NCBI GenBank assembly: GCA_050949565.1
Contig: JBMNFY010000017.1
Span: forward strand, 480,001 to 544,000
DNA: 64,000 nt
Direction: 5' to 3'
Origin: Kiritimatiellia bacterium
GTDB lineage: Bacteria; Verrucomicrobiota; Kiritimatiellia; RFP12; UBA1067
Of the stretch, positions 18,389 through 28,328 are shown piece after piece; position 1 is the first letter of the stretch; every line of letters starts with the position of its first letter. Made by a program: the position numbers and the translations under genes. A model generated the notes under the pieces. It was not told where the DNA came from, did no database searches, and saw only the letters and a program-made list of their open reading frames with translations.

Positions 18389-19782
18389 GCACGAACATCA
18401 ACCAGCCAGCGATAAAGACATCGGACGGGGCGGGCACATTGTGGTGGCGCACGGTCGCGACATGCGTGCGAAAGGCGATGGGCCTCGTGTGTATCTTCTG
18501 TGCGGCTGTCGGCGTGTCGGCCGAACCGGGCATGCTCAAGGTGGGTATCGGGCGCGCCGACATCACGCCGGACATGCAGCAGCCGGTCTGGCTGGCGGGA
18601 TATGCGGCCCGCTCCGCACCCGCGACCGGCACGCTCCACCGCATCTGGGCGAAGGCGCTGGCCTTTGAAGAAAATCCTGGACAGTGCGCCGTGCTCGTGA
18701 CGGTCGATGTGATCGGACTCACGCGCGAAATCACGGACGTCGTCGCGGAAACCATCCACAAGCGGCACGGCGTCCCGCGGGCGCACCTCGTCTTCAATGC
18801 CTCGCACACCCATTCCGGTCCGGTGATCTGGCCGACTCTGAGCGTATGCGACGCCTTCACACCACAGGAACGGCAGCAGACGATCCGGCAGAACCGAGAG
18901 ATGACCGAACGCATCATCGCCGCCGTGGACATGGCGATGGCGACACGTGCGCCTGCCCGCTTGGCGACCGGACGCGGCACCGCAGGATTCGCCATCAATC
19001 GCCGCAAGCGAGAGGTCGCGCCGGTGGACCACACTGTGCCGGTTCTGCGCGTGTGCGCGCTGGACGGCGCGGTACGCGCGGTGGTCTTCAACTACGCCTG
19101 CCACTGCACCACGCTGACCGCGAATAACCTCATGGTCAACGGCGACTACGCCGGTTTTGCGATGCTGGAACTGGAGTCGACCTGGCCGGGCGCGACCGCG
19201 TTCTTTATCCAAGGATGCGCGGCCGATCAAAATCCAGAGCCGCGCCACACCGAGGCGTGTGCGCGACAGCACGGGCAGGCCCTCGCCGCAGCCGTGCGCG
19301 ATGTGATGAGCCGCCCGATGCAGGATGTCACGGGGCCACTGAATATGCGGCTCGTGGAAACGCGCCTGACTTTTGCGCCGGTACCGCTCGCCCGCATGCG
19401 CGAAGAGGCGCTGGACACGAATCGCTTCAAACAGAAGCGCGCGCAACTGATGCTCGAAGCCTACTGCTGCGGGGCCCCCGTCACTTCAATGCCCTACACC
19501 GTTCAGGCATTACGCTTCGGCAACGCACTGACCTTCCTTTTCTTGAACGGTGAGGTCGTCATCGACTACACGTTGCGGGCGCGCCGCGAGTTCCCGGACG
19601 ACAATCTGGTGGTGGCGGGCTACTGCAACGATGTGCAGGCGTACATCCCGTCGCTCAGGGTCCTTAAAGAGGGCGGGTATGAAGCGAACGACAGTATGAT
19701 CTACTACGGCCAGCCCGGACCATTTACCGACGATGTCGAGGAAACCGTTTTCCGCGCCATCCGCGATGTCCTCACGCGCTAG
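18385..19782 (+). CDS. Neutral/alkaline ceramidase-like metalloamidase (true start may be later)
   Basis: RADITP, SHTHSGP, NYACHCT, GDYAG, GYCN...YIPS...GGYE. Confidence 0.85.
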   Translation: MSTNINQPAIKTSDGAGTLWWRTVATCVRKAMGLVCIFCAAVGVSAEPGMLKVGIGRADITPDMQQPVWLAGYAARSAPATGTLHRIWAKALAFEENPGQCAVLVTVDVIGLTREITDVVAETIHKRHGVPRAHLVFNASHTHSGPVIWPTLSVCDAFTPQERQQTIRQNREMTERIIAAVDMAMATRAPARLATGRGTAGFAINRRKREVAPVDHTVPVLRVCALDGAVRAVVFNYACHCTTLTANNLMVNGDYAGFAMLELESTWPGATAFFIQGCAADQNPEPRHTEACARQHGQALAAAVRDVMSRPMQDVTGPLNMRLVETRLTFAPVPLARMREEALDTNRFKQKRAQLMLEAYCCGAPVTSMPYTVQALRFGNALTFLFLNGEVVIDYTLRARREFPDDNLVVAGYCNDVQAYIPSLRVLKEGGYEANDSMIYYGQPGPFTDDVEETVFRAIRDVLTR

Positions 19783-19790
19783 GAGAAAAC

Positions 19791-19854
19791 TCCTAATTCC
19801 TAAATCCTAAATCCTCCTTCAGGGTTCGACTCAACGCGGTTGAATCGAACCCTG
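19791..19854. repeat. (TCCTAAA)n heptamer array plus palindrome
   Basis: TCCTAAT TCCTAAA TCCTAAA, then CAGGGTTCGACTCAAC-GCG-GTTGAATCGAACCCTG. Confidence 0.75.
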
Positions 19855-19907
19855 CCGCCGCTTCCGGCTTGCAACCGGACGGAGGCTTGTGTTGTAATCG
19901 ATACGCA

Positions 19908-20888
19908 ATGGAAAAAAAGAATTCATACACGTTCGTGCTCAGCAAAGAGCAGCAGGAAACGCTGAAAATCCTCCTCCAGATGGGCAACTACCGCCCGAAG
20001 CAGGTGCCGCACACCATCATTGCGGTTGAGGCGCAGGATTGCGTGGTCAACCTGTACAAGAGCGGCAAGTGTCTGGTACAGGGGAAAGGTGCAGAGGATT
20101 TCGTTCTCTTCTTCCTCGAACCCAACGTGTTGCAGTCCGCAACCCTCGGGTACGAAGAGGTGCTCAACCCAGACCTCGTGGCCCCGCACATGGGCATCGA
20201 CGAGAGCGGCAAGGGCGATTTCTTTGGACCGCTGGTAGCCTGCGCAGTGTATGTCGATCCTGACCTCGCCCACGCCATGCAGGAAATTGGCGTTAAAGAC
20301 TGTAAGCAGCTCACCGACAAAGCGGTTTTCTTCATCGGCAACAAGACGCGCAAACTTCTGGGGCCTAAGCGTTTCGCCATGGTGACCATCGGTCCCGAGG
20401 CCTACAACCGGCTCTACGCCAAGATCCGCAATGTCAACTCACTGCTGGCTTGGGCGCACGCGCGCTGTATCGAAAACCTGCTGGAAAACGTGCCGGATTG
20501 TCCGCGCGCCGTGGCCGACCAATTCGGCGCCGAGCAGGTGATCAAGCGGGCGCTGATGAAGAAGGGGCGCTCGATCAAGCTCGAACAGCGCCACAAAGCC
20601 GAGTCCGACATCGCGGTCGCGGCGGCATCCGTGCTGGCGCGCGAAGCCTTCCTGCGCAGTTTGGGTCGTCTGGGCGAAGCGCACGGTGTCCAAATGCCCA
20701 AAGGGGCTTCGGAACAGGTCAAGACTGCAGCTATCGAGCTGGTCAAGAAAGCCGGTCCCGAGGTGCTTCTCAAAACCAGCAAATGCCACTTCAAGACCAC
20801 GGATCAGGTGTTGGCCGCCTGCGGCTCCTCACGCGCCGCGCTCGGACCAGAAGGGCAGGCCGTCTCGCGCAGCAAAGAGGCTAAGTAG
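19908..20888 (+). CDS. rnhC: Ribonuclease HIII
   Basis: N-terminal LYKSGKCLVQGK domain; GIDESGKGDFFGPL; VAAASVLAR. Confidence 0.95.
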   Translation: MEKKNSYTFVLSKEQQETLKILLQMGNYRPKQVPHTIIAVEAQDCVVNLYKSGKCLVQGKGAEDFVLFFLEPNVLQSATLGYEEVLNPDLVAPHMGIDESGKGDFFGPLVACAVYVDPDLAHAMQEIGVKDCKQLTDKAVFFIGNKTRKLLGPKRFAMVTIGPEAYNRLYAKIRNVNSLLAWAHARCIENLLENVPDCPRAVADQFGAEQVIKRALMKKGRSIKLEQRHKAESDIAVAAASVLAREAFLRSLGRLGEAHGVQMPKGASEQVKTAAIELVKKAGPEVLLKTSKCHFKTTDQVLAACGSSRAALGPEGQAVSRSKEAK

Positions 20889-21338
20889 CTACTCCACCCA
20901 CTCGCGTGTGCGGCGGATCTCCCAGTATCCCGGCTGCCACTGCTTGCAGCGCCGTCCGTACGCATCGATCGCCTCAACCCAGCATCCTTCGATCCACACG
21001 CGCTCTTCGCGCTCCCGCCAGTAGCCGCGCGGTGCCACCACAACCGGTGCAGGCGCGACTACGACCGGCGCCGGTGCCACCACGACTGGCGGCGGTGCAA
21101 CGATCACAGGCGGCGGACAACCGAAAGGCCGCGGATGCGGTATCGGGTGCCTGCGATGGTGAAAATGGCCGGGATGGGGATGGTGCCCTCTCCCGCTGTT
21201 GATCCCGAGAGCAAAAAAGCTGCCGCCGTTGCTGACGCCCAAACCAACGCTCACACGATCCGCGCGCGCCGGCACAACCGCCAGCAGCCCCGCCACAATG
21301 ACCGTTCCGAAAAGTGTTATCTGTGTTCTCTTGTTCAT
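20889..21338 (-). CDS. Secreted His/Pro-rich protein with PVVVAP repeats and Trp-rich C-terminus
   Basis: Signal peptide, (APVVVAP)n, VWIEGCW and WQPGYW. Confidence 0.7.
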   Translation of the reverse strand: MNKRTQITLFGTVIVAGLLAVVPARADRVSVGLGVSNGGSFFALGINSGRGHHPHPGHFHHRRHPIPHPRPFGCPPPVIVAPPPVVVAPAPVVVAPAPVVVAPRGYWREREERVWIEGCWVEAIDAYGRRCKQWQPGYWEIRRTREWVE

Positions 21339-21505
21339 GTCCCCACCTTTCTGACGCCAGCGAGCGGCCTCTCCGCTCTTCAAATGCGCCTTTCAGCATG
21401 TTAAACGATTGATTAAAAGTGTTATTGCTTGATGCGGCACTTTTTTTTTGCCGATGGCGGATAATTATGGCTTAATATGCCGTACAAACAAAAGAGGATG
21501 GATAG

Positions 21506-22210
21506 ATGGCTGAGTTGATTGTTGCGCTGGATGTTTCTTCCAAGACTGAGGTCGAGCAGACCGTTGACCGGTTGGGAGATGCGGTCTCTTTTTACAAAAT
21601 CGGGCTGGAGCTTTTCAGCGCGGTCGGACCGGATGTGGTACGCGCAGTGAAAAACCGCGGCAAACGTGTCTTTCTCGATCTCAAGCTGCACGACATCCCG
21701 CGCACCGTGGAACGCGCGGTCAGCGTCGGTGCCTCGCTGGGCGCGGACCTGATGACCATTCATGCGGCCGGTGGTAAAGCGATGATTCAGGCGGCAAAGA
21801 ACGCCGCGCTCGCCGCAGGTGCCGGAGCCCCGAAGATTCTGGCCGTCACGATCCTGACCAGTCTTGACCAGTCCGATCTGGACGATCTCGGCATCACCCG
21901 TTCGGTGGCGGCACAGGTCGAGGCGCTGGGAAAGCTTGCCTGCGGCAACGGTGCTGACGGCATCGTCTGTTCGCCGCGTGAAGTGGCCGCCATGCGTGCG
22001 GCACTGGGGCCGCACGCTCTGCTCGTAACTCCGGGCGTGCGTCCTGCTGGCGCAGACGTAGGCGACCAGAAGCGCGTGGCCACGCCGGCGCAGGCGGTGG
22101 CGGATGGCTCCACCCATCTGGTGGTCGGACGTCCGATCCTCGCGGCGGCCGACCCGTGCGCCGCTGCGCGTGCGATTGCCGCTGAAATGGCCGGTGCCTC
22201 ACGCTGCTGA
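21506..22210 (+). CDS. pyrF: Orotidine-5'-phosphate decarboxylase
   Basis: LIVALD, FLDLKLHDIPRTV, TPGVRP, VVGRPI. Confidence 0.97.
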   Translation: MAELIVALDVSSKTEVEQTVDRLGDAVSFYKIGLELFSAVGPDVVRAVKNRGKRVFLDLKLHDIPRTVERAVSVGASLGADLMTIHAAGGKAMIQAAKNAALAAGAGAPKILAVTILTSLDQSDLDDLGITRSVAAQVEALGKLACGNGADGIVCSPREVAAMRAALGPHALLVTPGVRPAGADVGDQKRVATPAQAVADGSTHLVVGRPILAAADPCAAARAIAAEMAGASRC

Positions 22211-22254
22211 CCCGTGGAACAAACTAACGCGGGCGGAGCCCGCAACCCAATGGG

Positions 22255-22348
22255 TTGACCCGCGACGTTCGACCCGCGACTTGCGGCTGGAGCAGCCCCC
22301 CAAAAAGCCTCTGCGCCTTTGCGTTAAGCAAACCTGAGCACTGCCCCA
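22255..22348. repeat. Dispersed ~90 bp repeat, copy 2
   Basis: Near-identical to 9328-9420. Confidence 0.85.
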
Positions 22349-22406
22349 AAACCCTGAGAAAAAAACGCAATACCATTTGTGGACGGGGGCGTGGTCATCC
22401 GGATGC

Positions 22407-23813
22407 TCAGCCGGGCTGACGCATTGAGCCTGCAACGCCGATCACCGTCTGTTGCCCATTCTTAAGCGGCGCCAGCGCCAGTTCCAGCGCAACGGACATC
22501 CCGTCGGCCACAGAGACGTTGACCGTCTCGCGGACCTTATCGCCGCATACTGCCCGCAGGAAGAGGCTGGCGGCATCGGGCAGCAGGTCCACAAAGCGCA
22601 CCCGCTTGGCTTGTCTGACATCCGGGATACCGAACGCCTCAAGCAAAGCCGGATTGACTACTTGGAAAAAGCCGTCGATATCGCACACAAAGCAGGGCGA
22701 AAACGACAACTCAAAAGCGGCTTGGCCACGCCGCATTTCATCCATGGCGTTCTTGCGTCGCTCCACATTGCGGATCGCGAAGACCATGTTGGATGCGCGG
22801 GTCAAAGCCAGCGTGCTGACCCCGACCTCACCCGCGAACGAGGTGCCGTCCTTGCGGAAGCAGCGCGCGTCGATCAAAATCTGATGGTTGTCCTTGAGAT
22901 TGCGCCTGAGATGCTCGAACATCTGCCGCGACATGCCGGGGATCACCTTTTCAATCGACATATCCCACGTCTCTTCGCGTGAATATCCGAGAACCTCCGT
23001 GACCCGTCTGCTGACATCCACCACATGGCCCCGGTCGTCCAAGATCAGGATCGCGTCATACAGCCCGTCCATCAACTGATAATAGAGCGCGCGCTGATCG
23101 GGCTTGGGCCGCACCCACTCGCTCGGAGCAGAAGTGGAGGCCGCAGCACCACCCTGTTGCGCGTCGGCGGGCTCCGCTGGCGCCGCGGATATCGGCGGCG
23201 ATGGCGTGGCCGCGCCGGCGGCAGGTGCCGCCGCTTTCGTCTTCATGCGCAACGAAAAGGTCGGCTTAGACGCCGCCGCCTCGGACGCGGCAGCAGGCAC
23301 CGACTGTGACTTCTCCGATACAGCCCTAAGCGTAGGTGCAGGTGCGGACGTAGACGTCGATTGTAACTTCCCAGAAACTGCCTTAAGCGTAAACGTCGGC
23401 CGCCGCTCCTCCAAGACGACCTTGGGGACGGTCTCGGACTTAGGAGCGGTCTCGGACACAGCCTCGGACGCCGGAGCGGTCTCAGACGAGGTCGCAGCAG
23501 CCGCCTCGGGGATGCGCGAGGTCAGACGCAGAGCGGGAGTCGTGCTGTCGTCCCTCTTCAACGTCGCCGGCGCAGTCTTAAGCGCCGCAACGACAGGCTC
23601 GGTCTCTTCCTCAATCGGTTGGACCGCAAGCAATGCCGTCCCGTCGATTTGGAGAGACGCGTCACCCCCGACGGCGTCATCTTCCGACCGGTCATCCGCC
23701 ACGGCCACATCCGCCACAGCCATCTCGGCCGCCTCATCGATCGCCGACTGTCCCGCGGCATTGAACGACGTGGCGTCCAGCCCTTTTTTCCCAAACCAGA
23801 ATTTCATTGCCAT
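22407..23813 (-). CDS. Tandem PAS-domain protein with long low-complexity N-terminus and no output domain
   Basis: DAILILDDRGHVV...LGYSREE, RKDGTSF; second PAS CDIDGFFQVVNPA. Confidence 0.8.
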   Translation of the reverse strand: MAMKFWFGKKGLDATSFNAAGQSAIDEAAEMAVADVAVADDRSEDDAVGGDASLQIDGTALLAVQPIEEETEPVVAALKTAPATLKRDDSTTPALRLTSRIPEAAAATSSETAPASEAVSETAPKSETVPKVVLEERRPTFTLKAVSGKLQSTSTSAPAPTLRAVSEKSQSVPAAASEAAASKPTFSLRMKTKAAAPAAGAATPSPPISAAPAEPADAQQGGAAASTSAPSEWVRPKPDQRALYYQLMDGLYDAILILDDRGHVVDVSRRVTEVLGYSREETWDMSIEKVIPGMSRQMFEHLRRNLKDNHQILIDARCFRKDGTSFAGEVGVSTLALTRASNMVFAIRNVERRKNAMDEMRRGQAAFELSFSPCFVCDIDGFFQVVNPALLEAFGIPDVRQAKRVRFVDLLPDAASLFLRAVCGDKVRETVNVSVADGMSVALELALAPLKNGQQTVIGVAGSMRQPG

Positions 23814-23940
23814 GTCAAACGTTCCTAACCGGCGAATTAGGTAGCAGAATTAGTGCCAAACAAGCTCCCTAAAAAACCAACTTTGGCATGATACATGCAT
23901 TAGATGTACGCGAGTGTAACCGTTTGTTTGAGTGTTCGCA

Positions 23941-24930
23941 ATGAAAAAAACTTCTTATACCAAGGCCTCGCTGATCCGCGAGTTGGCTGCTAGTGCCGAA
24001 ATTACCCAGAAAAAGGCCCGTTTTATACTGGATGAACTCACGCGTATCGCCTACCGCGAGGCGGCGGATGGCGGGTTCACGGTTCCGGGGATATGCCGTT
24101 TGGACGTAGTTCTGCGCAAGCCCAGACGCATGAAAAATCCTCAAACTGGAGAAACCATTCTCATTGGTGAGCATCGCACGCTACGTGCGAGGATCGTAAA
24201 AGCCGCCCGGAATGCGGTCACCCCGCCGCCCGAAGATCTGGTCACCGTGCTTCCGGATGAGGGACCCACGCAAGCGGAGCTAGAGGATTTTTCCAATGCC
24301 ATTTCCTTCTGCTGCAAGAAATGCGGCCAGGAAATCGAAGCACCCCGCGCTGCCATAGGTATCGAGGCGCACTGCCCGGCTTGCGGCGCGTCCATCATCG
24401 TTCCGGCGGAATCAGAGGCGGGCACTCTGCACGGGCCAGCCCTGCCCACGCCGACCGTACCGCCTGCGGCCCCGACGACGGCGGCTCCCGAAACTCCGCC
24501 CGCGTCTCCGGATGCGACGTCCGCATCCCCGTTCACATCCCCCGCCACCCCAGAATCGTCCTCCACCACCTCGGAACCGTCTCCTGCGGCCACGTTCGCC
24601 GAACAGAAGGCACGCGGCGGCCAGACGATACGGATCGACCTGGCGGCATTGGGATTCGCGCCGGAAGAGCATGCCTCACCCAGAACTCTGTCGGCCAAGC
24701 GAATGCTTTCCTTCTTCTGTAAGAACTGCCGCCAAGAGATCGAAGCACCGGCAGACATGGCCGGGACCTCTTCAGAGTGTCCGGCTTGTGGTGTAAGCTT
24801 CGAGGTTCCCTTCTTCTCGGATCCCGGCACGCTGCACGGCAGCGACCTCGACGACAGAGAGCCGGGGGACCCGGAAGTCAGGGATGCGCGCGCGCGCACA
24901 ATCCGCATTGAGGTCCCAGACGATTTCTAA
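23941..24930 (+). CDS. HU/IHF-family DNA-binding protein fused to two CxxC-CxxC zinc-ribbon modules
   Basis: FTVPGICRL...RKPRRMKNPQTGETILI; CKKC/CPAC and CKNC/CPAC. Confidence 0.85.
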   Translation: MKKTSYTKASLIRELAASAEITQKKARFILDELTRIAYREAADGGFTVPGICRLDVVLRKPRRMKNPQTGETILIGEHRTLRARIVKAARNAVTPPPEDLVTVLPDEGPTQAELEDFSNAISFCCKKCGQEIEAPRAAIGIEAHCPACGASIIVPAESEAGTLHGPALPTPTVPPAAPTTAAPETPPASPDATSASPFTSPATPESSSTTSEPSPAATFAEQKARGGQTIRIDLAALGFAPEEHASPRTLSAKRMLSFFCKNCRQEIEAPADMAGTSSECPACGVSFEVPFFSDPGTLHGSDLDDREPGDPEVRDARARTIRIEVPDDF

Positions 24931-24944
24931 CGGAGTTTCCGACC

Positions 24945-25457
24945 ATGAACTGTTCAACAGGCTCAAACCTCGGCGCGAACAGTGGTTGCCGCTACGGGCG
25001 TTCCCGTAGCTCGGGGTTTTCGCTGGTGGAGCTGGTTTTCACCTCCTCCATCGGTTTGATGTTGATTCTCGTTCTGTTCGAGTCCCTGCTCTTCTGTCGC
25101 CGCACCGCCGCCGACATGCGTTGCCGACTGGCGGCGGACACCCTTGCGTTCGATGTCGCATGGGATGTTTTCAACCGCCAGACCCAGTGGTTTGACACCA
25201 ATGCCAGCGATCCCGCCGACTTCCCGATCAGGTGGGGCTGGGTTCCGGCGACGCGAGCAACGGCGTTCGCAGGGGTGTCGACCAATGACATCCAATGCTT
25301 CCTCTCCGTCCGTCCGAACGGCACCCCCATCACCAGTTGGGAGATCATGACCGATGTGAGGTGGCGTCAGCCGAACGGTGGCTGGGTCCAGCTGCCGCAA
25401 CCGTATAGGCTTGAACGGCACCGCGTCAACAGGAACTACTTCCGTAACGCCCCTTGA
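24945..25457 (+). CDS. Prepilin-type minor pilin (PilV-like)
   Basis: G|FSLVE class III signal with Glu5 and hydrophobic helix. Confidence 0.75.
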   Translation: MNCSTGSNLGANSGCRYGRSRSSGFSLVELVFTSSIGLMLILVLFESLLFCRRTAADMRCRLAADTLAFDVAWDVFNRQTQWFDTNASDPADFPIRWGWVPATRATAFAGVSTNDIQCFLSVRPNGTPITSWEIMTDVRWRQPNGGWVQLPQPYRLERHRVNRNYFRNAP

Positions 25458-25475
25458 TTCTCAGGAAGGATTACC

Positions 25476-26027
25476 ATGACTGCCACCCATGCCACACCGA
25501 CATCTTCCAGACGGGGATTCACCTTGACGGAAGTGCTGTTTGTGACCGCGTTGACCAGCCTGATCATCGCCATGGGCATACCCACACTCGTGGCATCGAT
25601 CCGGTTGTTCGAAGCCACTGCAGCCGACATAGAACTCTCGCTACGGTCGCGCTCGCTGCGCGAAAAGTTACTCTATCAGGTCGACGACACCGCAACCGGT
25701 GAGCGGGGTCTGATGGGCTCTGAGTTCTCCCAACTCCAACTCCCGAATCCGAATGCGCAAGGCAAGGGCCGGGGTCTGCGATTCAAACCCAGGCGCGGCC
25801 CGCCCAACCGGTTGGCCGTGAACAACCGGAGAATCAGGGCGGACCGTGGCAACGAAAGCTGGCTGTCGATTGGAAGGCTTGAGTTCCGATCCGAGGAGAT
25901 CTTTTCGCTCGATTCAGACCCCGGCATCGTGATGGTGAATCTGGATCTCTCCCTCCAGATCGGCTCCCGCAATCCGCGTGTGTACACGCATCGAGACGAG
26001 ATGGTCGTGCAGATCATGAACCCCTGA
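25476..26027 (+). CDS. Prepilin-type minor pilin (PilW/PulJ-like)
   Basis: RRG|FTLTE motif. Confidence 0.8.
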   Translation: MTATHATPTSSRRGFTLTEVLFVTALTSLIIAMGIPTLVASIRLFEATAADIELSLRSRSLREKLLYQVDDTATGERGLMGSEFSQLQLPNPNAQGKGRGLRFKPRRGPPNRLAVNNRRIRADRGNESWLSIGRLEFRSEEIFSLDSDPGIVMVNLDLSLQIGSRNPRVYTHRDEMVVQIMNP

Positions 26028-26094
26028 CCGGCCGCCTCGAACAAGCAACCAACCCTGAAACAACCCAACCACCCTCAACACGACAAGGCCAGTT

Positions 26095-27854
26095 ATGAAC
26101 GCTCCGTCCACCCACGGTTTCGTCCTGCCGATCGTGCTCTGCGCCATGTTGGCCGCAGGCATCCTTGTCGGCGGCGCATTGAATCTCACCCTCAACGCGA
26201 CCCGCACTGCCGGTGTCCACACCACCGCCACCCGCTGCCGGCTCAGTGCCCAGACAGCACTCGACCGGGAAAAGTTGGAGACGCAAACCGCCTTCGTCAA
26301 TTACTTCAACAGTTCGCCCTCCACATTGAACATCCTCGTCTGGTTTGACACCTTCAGCGAACAATCCATCGGCATCGGCGGCTTTGACAATCCGATGATA
26401 CAGAATACCGCAATCAACGGCTGCCAGGTTTCTGTTTCCGTCGTCAGCGTCGACCGTTCCCCGATCATCGCCATCAACCAGACCGCCGATGTGACCCTGC
26501 GCGCCACCGCCTCTGCGAGATCTCCAGCGAACGTGCCCGTCACCCGCGTGATCGAAGAGACCGTCCGGTATGCCATGGACCGCTCCAGAGTGTTCGATTA
26601 CGTTTACTTCATCAACAACCACGGGTGGTTCATGGGCGGCGGCGTCACGGCAAACGGCGACATCCGCGCCAACGGGGACTTGGATCTGGACGGGCAATCC
26701 TGGATCAACGGCTACGCCTACGCAGCCGCAAACGACGATTTGGGATGGGATGGATCGATCAACGGCATCGCCAGATACCTCTCGCTGAACGACTATTGGA
26801 ACCGCAAAGACACTCGTTGGCGTCCGACATCGCCCACTCACCAAGGCGGCGACGCCTGGGCAATGGGTTACGACGACAAGCCGCAAGACATACGCAAGCG
26901 CTTGCACGGTCAGCAGGAGCCACTGTCCATGCCGTTTTTGGGCGACCTACAGTTTTACCAGCAAATTGCGGCGCATGAAGGCGGCACTATCAGGCAACAA
27001 GGCCGAACGCTCGTCGACGCCTATTTCGACGGCCCCGGCCCCTCTGGACTGACCAACGGGGCTGACAGGGGGTGCCTCGTCTTGGACGGCACCGACAAGC
27101 CGATCCGCATCAACGGCCCCGTCGTTGTCGCGGGCGATGTCATCATCAAAGGCAAGGTCACCGGCCAAGGCACCATCTACTCCGGCCGCAACATCCATAT
27201 CATCGGCAACCTCACCTACGTCGATCCGCCGAGCTGGCCCAAGCCTGACCCTCATCCGGAGCAAACCGCACAAAAGAACGCAGGGAAAGACATGCTGGGG
27301 TTGGCCGCCAAAGGCAATATCGTGATCGGTAATTATACGGATTCCAGTTGGATGGAACGCGTTGAAAAGTACATCACCCCGCCTTGGGTGAGAGAGTATG
27401 CCTGTGATCCGTCCGACGCCTCAATCGGTTACCCCAGTGTCTTTGGTGGGGATTACGCAGCCAACGATGGCGGCAGGCAGATCCATTATGTGCGCAACCC
27501 TCGAACGGGCATGTATGAACCAACAGCAACGTCAGCACGAACATACACTATCAAAGCTCTGTGGGCGACCGAATCATTCAACAAAACGCCCAAAGCGCCA
27601 ACATCACGCAGATTGATGCGGTACTGTACAACAATCACGCTACGATGGGCAGAATCGGGGAATGCAAGTTTAACGGCGCCATGGTCTGCCGCGACGAGGC
27701 CCTCATTTACATTCGCTCTGTGCAGTTCAACTGGGATATCCGGCTGGGCTCTTACAGCCGTGACGCTGTGAACATCCCCCTCTATCTGCCCGTGTCGCCC
27801 GCGATGCCGCGTGTGATCGCTTGGCAGGAAGTGCTACCGGGGGGGCAACCATGA
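26095..27854 (+). pseudogene. PilX/GspK-like large tip pilin with a frameshift near 27545
   Basis: G|FVLPI (no Glu5); beta-solenoid-like GDVIIKG, GNLTY, LGLAAKGNIVI; the C-terminus IDAVLY...WD.RL...AWQE continues in another frame. Confidence 0.7.
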
Positions 27855-28306
27855 CCATGTACCGGACACTGCTGACCCTGTTGTTGCTCCTCACCGCCAC
27901 CGCCGCGCAGGCTTTGGTCGAATCCTCCGAGAACGGTGACATACGCGCCTATGAGATGCTCGACTCCCGAGAAAAGGCAGAAGCCAACTTCCCGGCCCGT
28001 CTTGAGGCGCGCGCACGGACACAAGCGGCCGCCGTCGAGCGTGTCGAGCGCCTCCGCACCCTGCCGCCCGAGCAGATCCAGGAATTGATCGCAGGGCGCG
28101 TGACCGAGGCCGAACTGTTGGCGCGGCCCCGCGAGGCTACCGCAAGCCTTGGCTCTGCGAGCCCTGCGGCAGACACGCCGTTGTCCGTCGCGCCCCTATC
28201 CGCTCCCTCGCGCCTGTTTCGACTGCTGGCCGTCGGTGCACTCTGCGTGATCTCGGCCATCATGATGATACGGCAAAAAAGGGGTAAGGACAGAGGGAAG
28301 AGCTAG
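27851..28306 (+). CDS. Exported protein with C-terminal TM anchor and basic tail
   Basis: ATGA overlap with the previous stop; signal peptide; LLAVGALCVISAIMMI-RQKRGK. Confidence 0.7.
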   Translation: MTMYRTLLTLLLLLTATAAQALVESSENGDIRAYEMLDSREKAEANFPARLEARARTQAAAVERVERLRTLPPEQIQELIAGRVTEAELLARPREATASLGSASPAADTPLSVAPLSAPSRLFRLLAVGALCVISAIMMIRQKRGKDRGKS

Positions 28307-28328
28307 CGTCGCCGGCCAGTATCTCCGC

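Noticed and set aside
21040-21115. Tandem DNA repeat in the PVVVAP region
   Set aside because: Explained by the peptide repeat with synonymous variation
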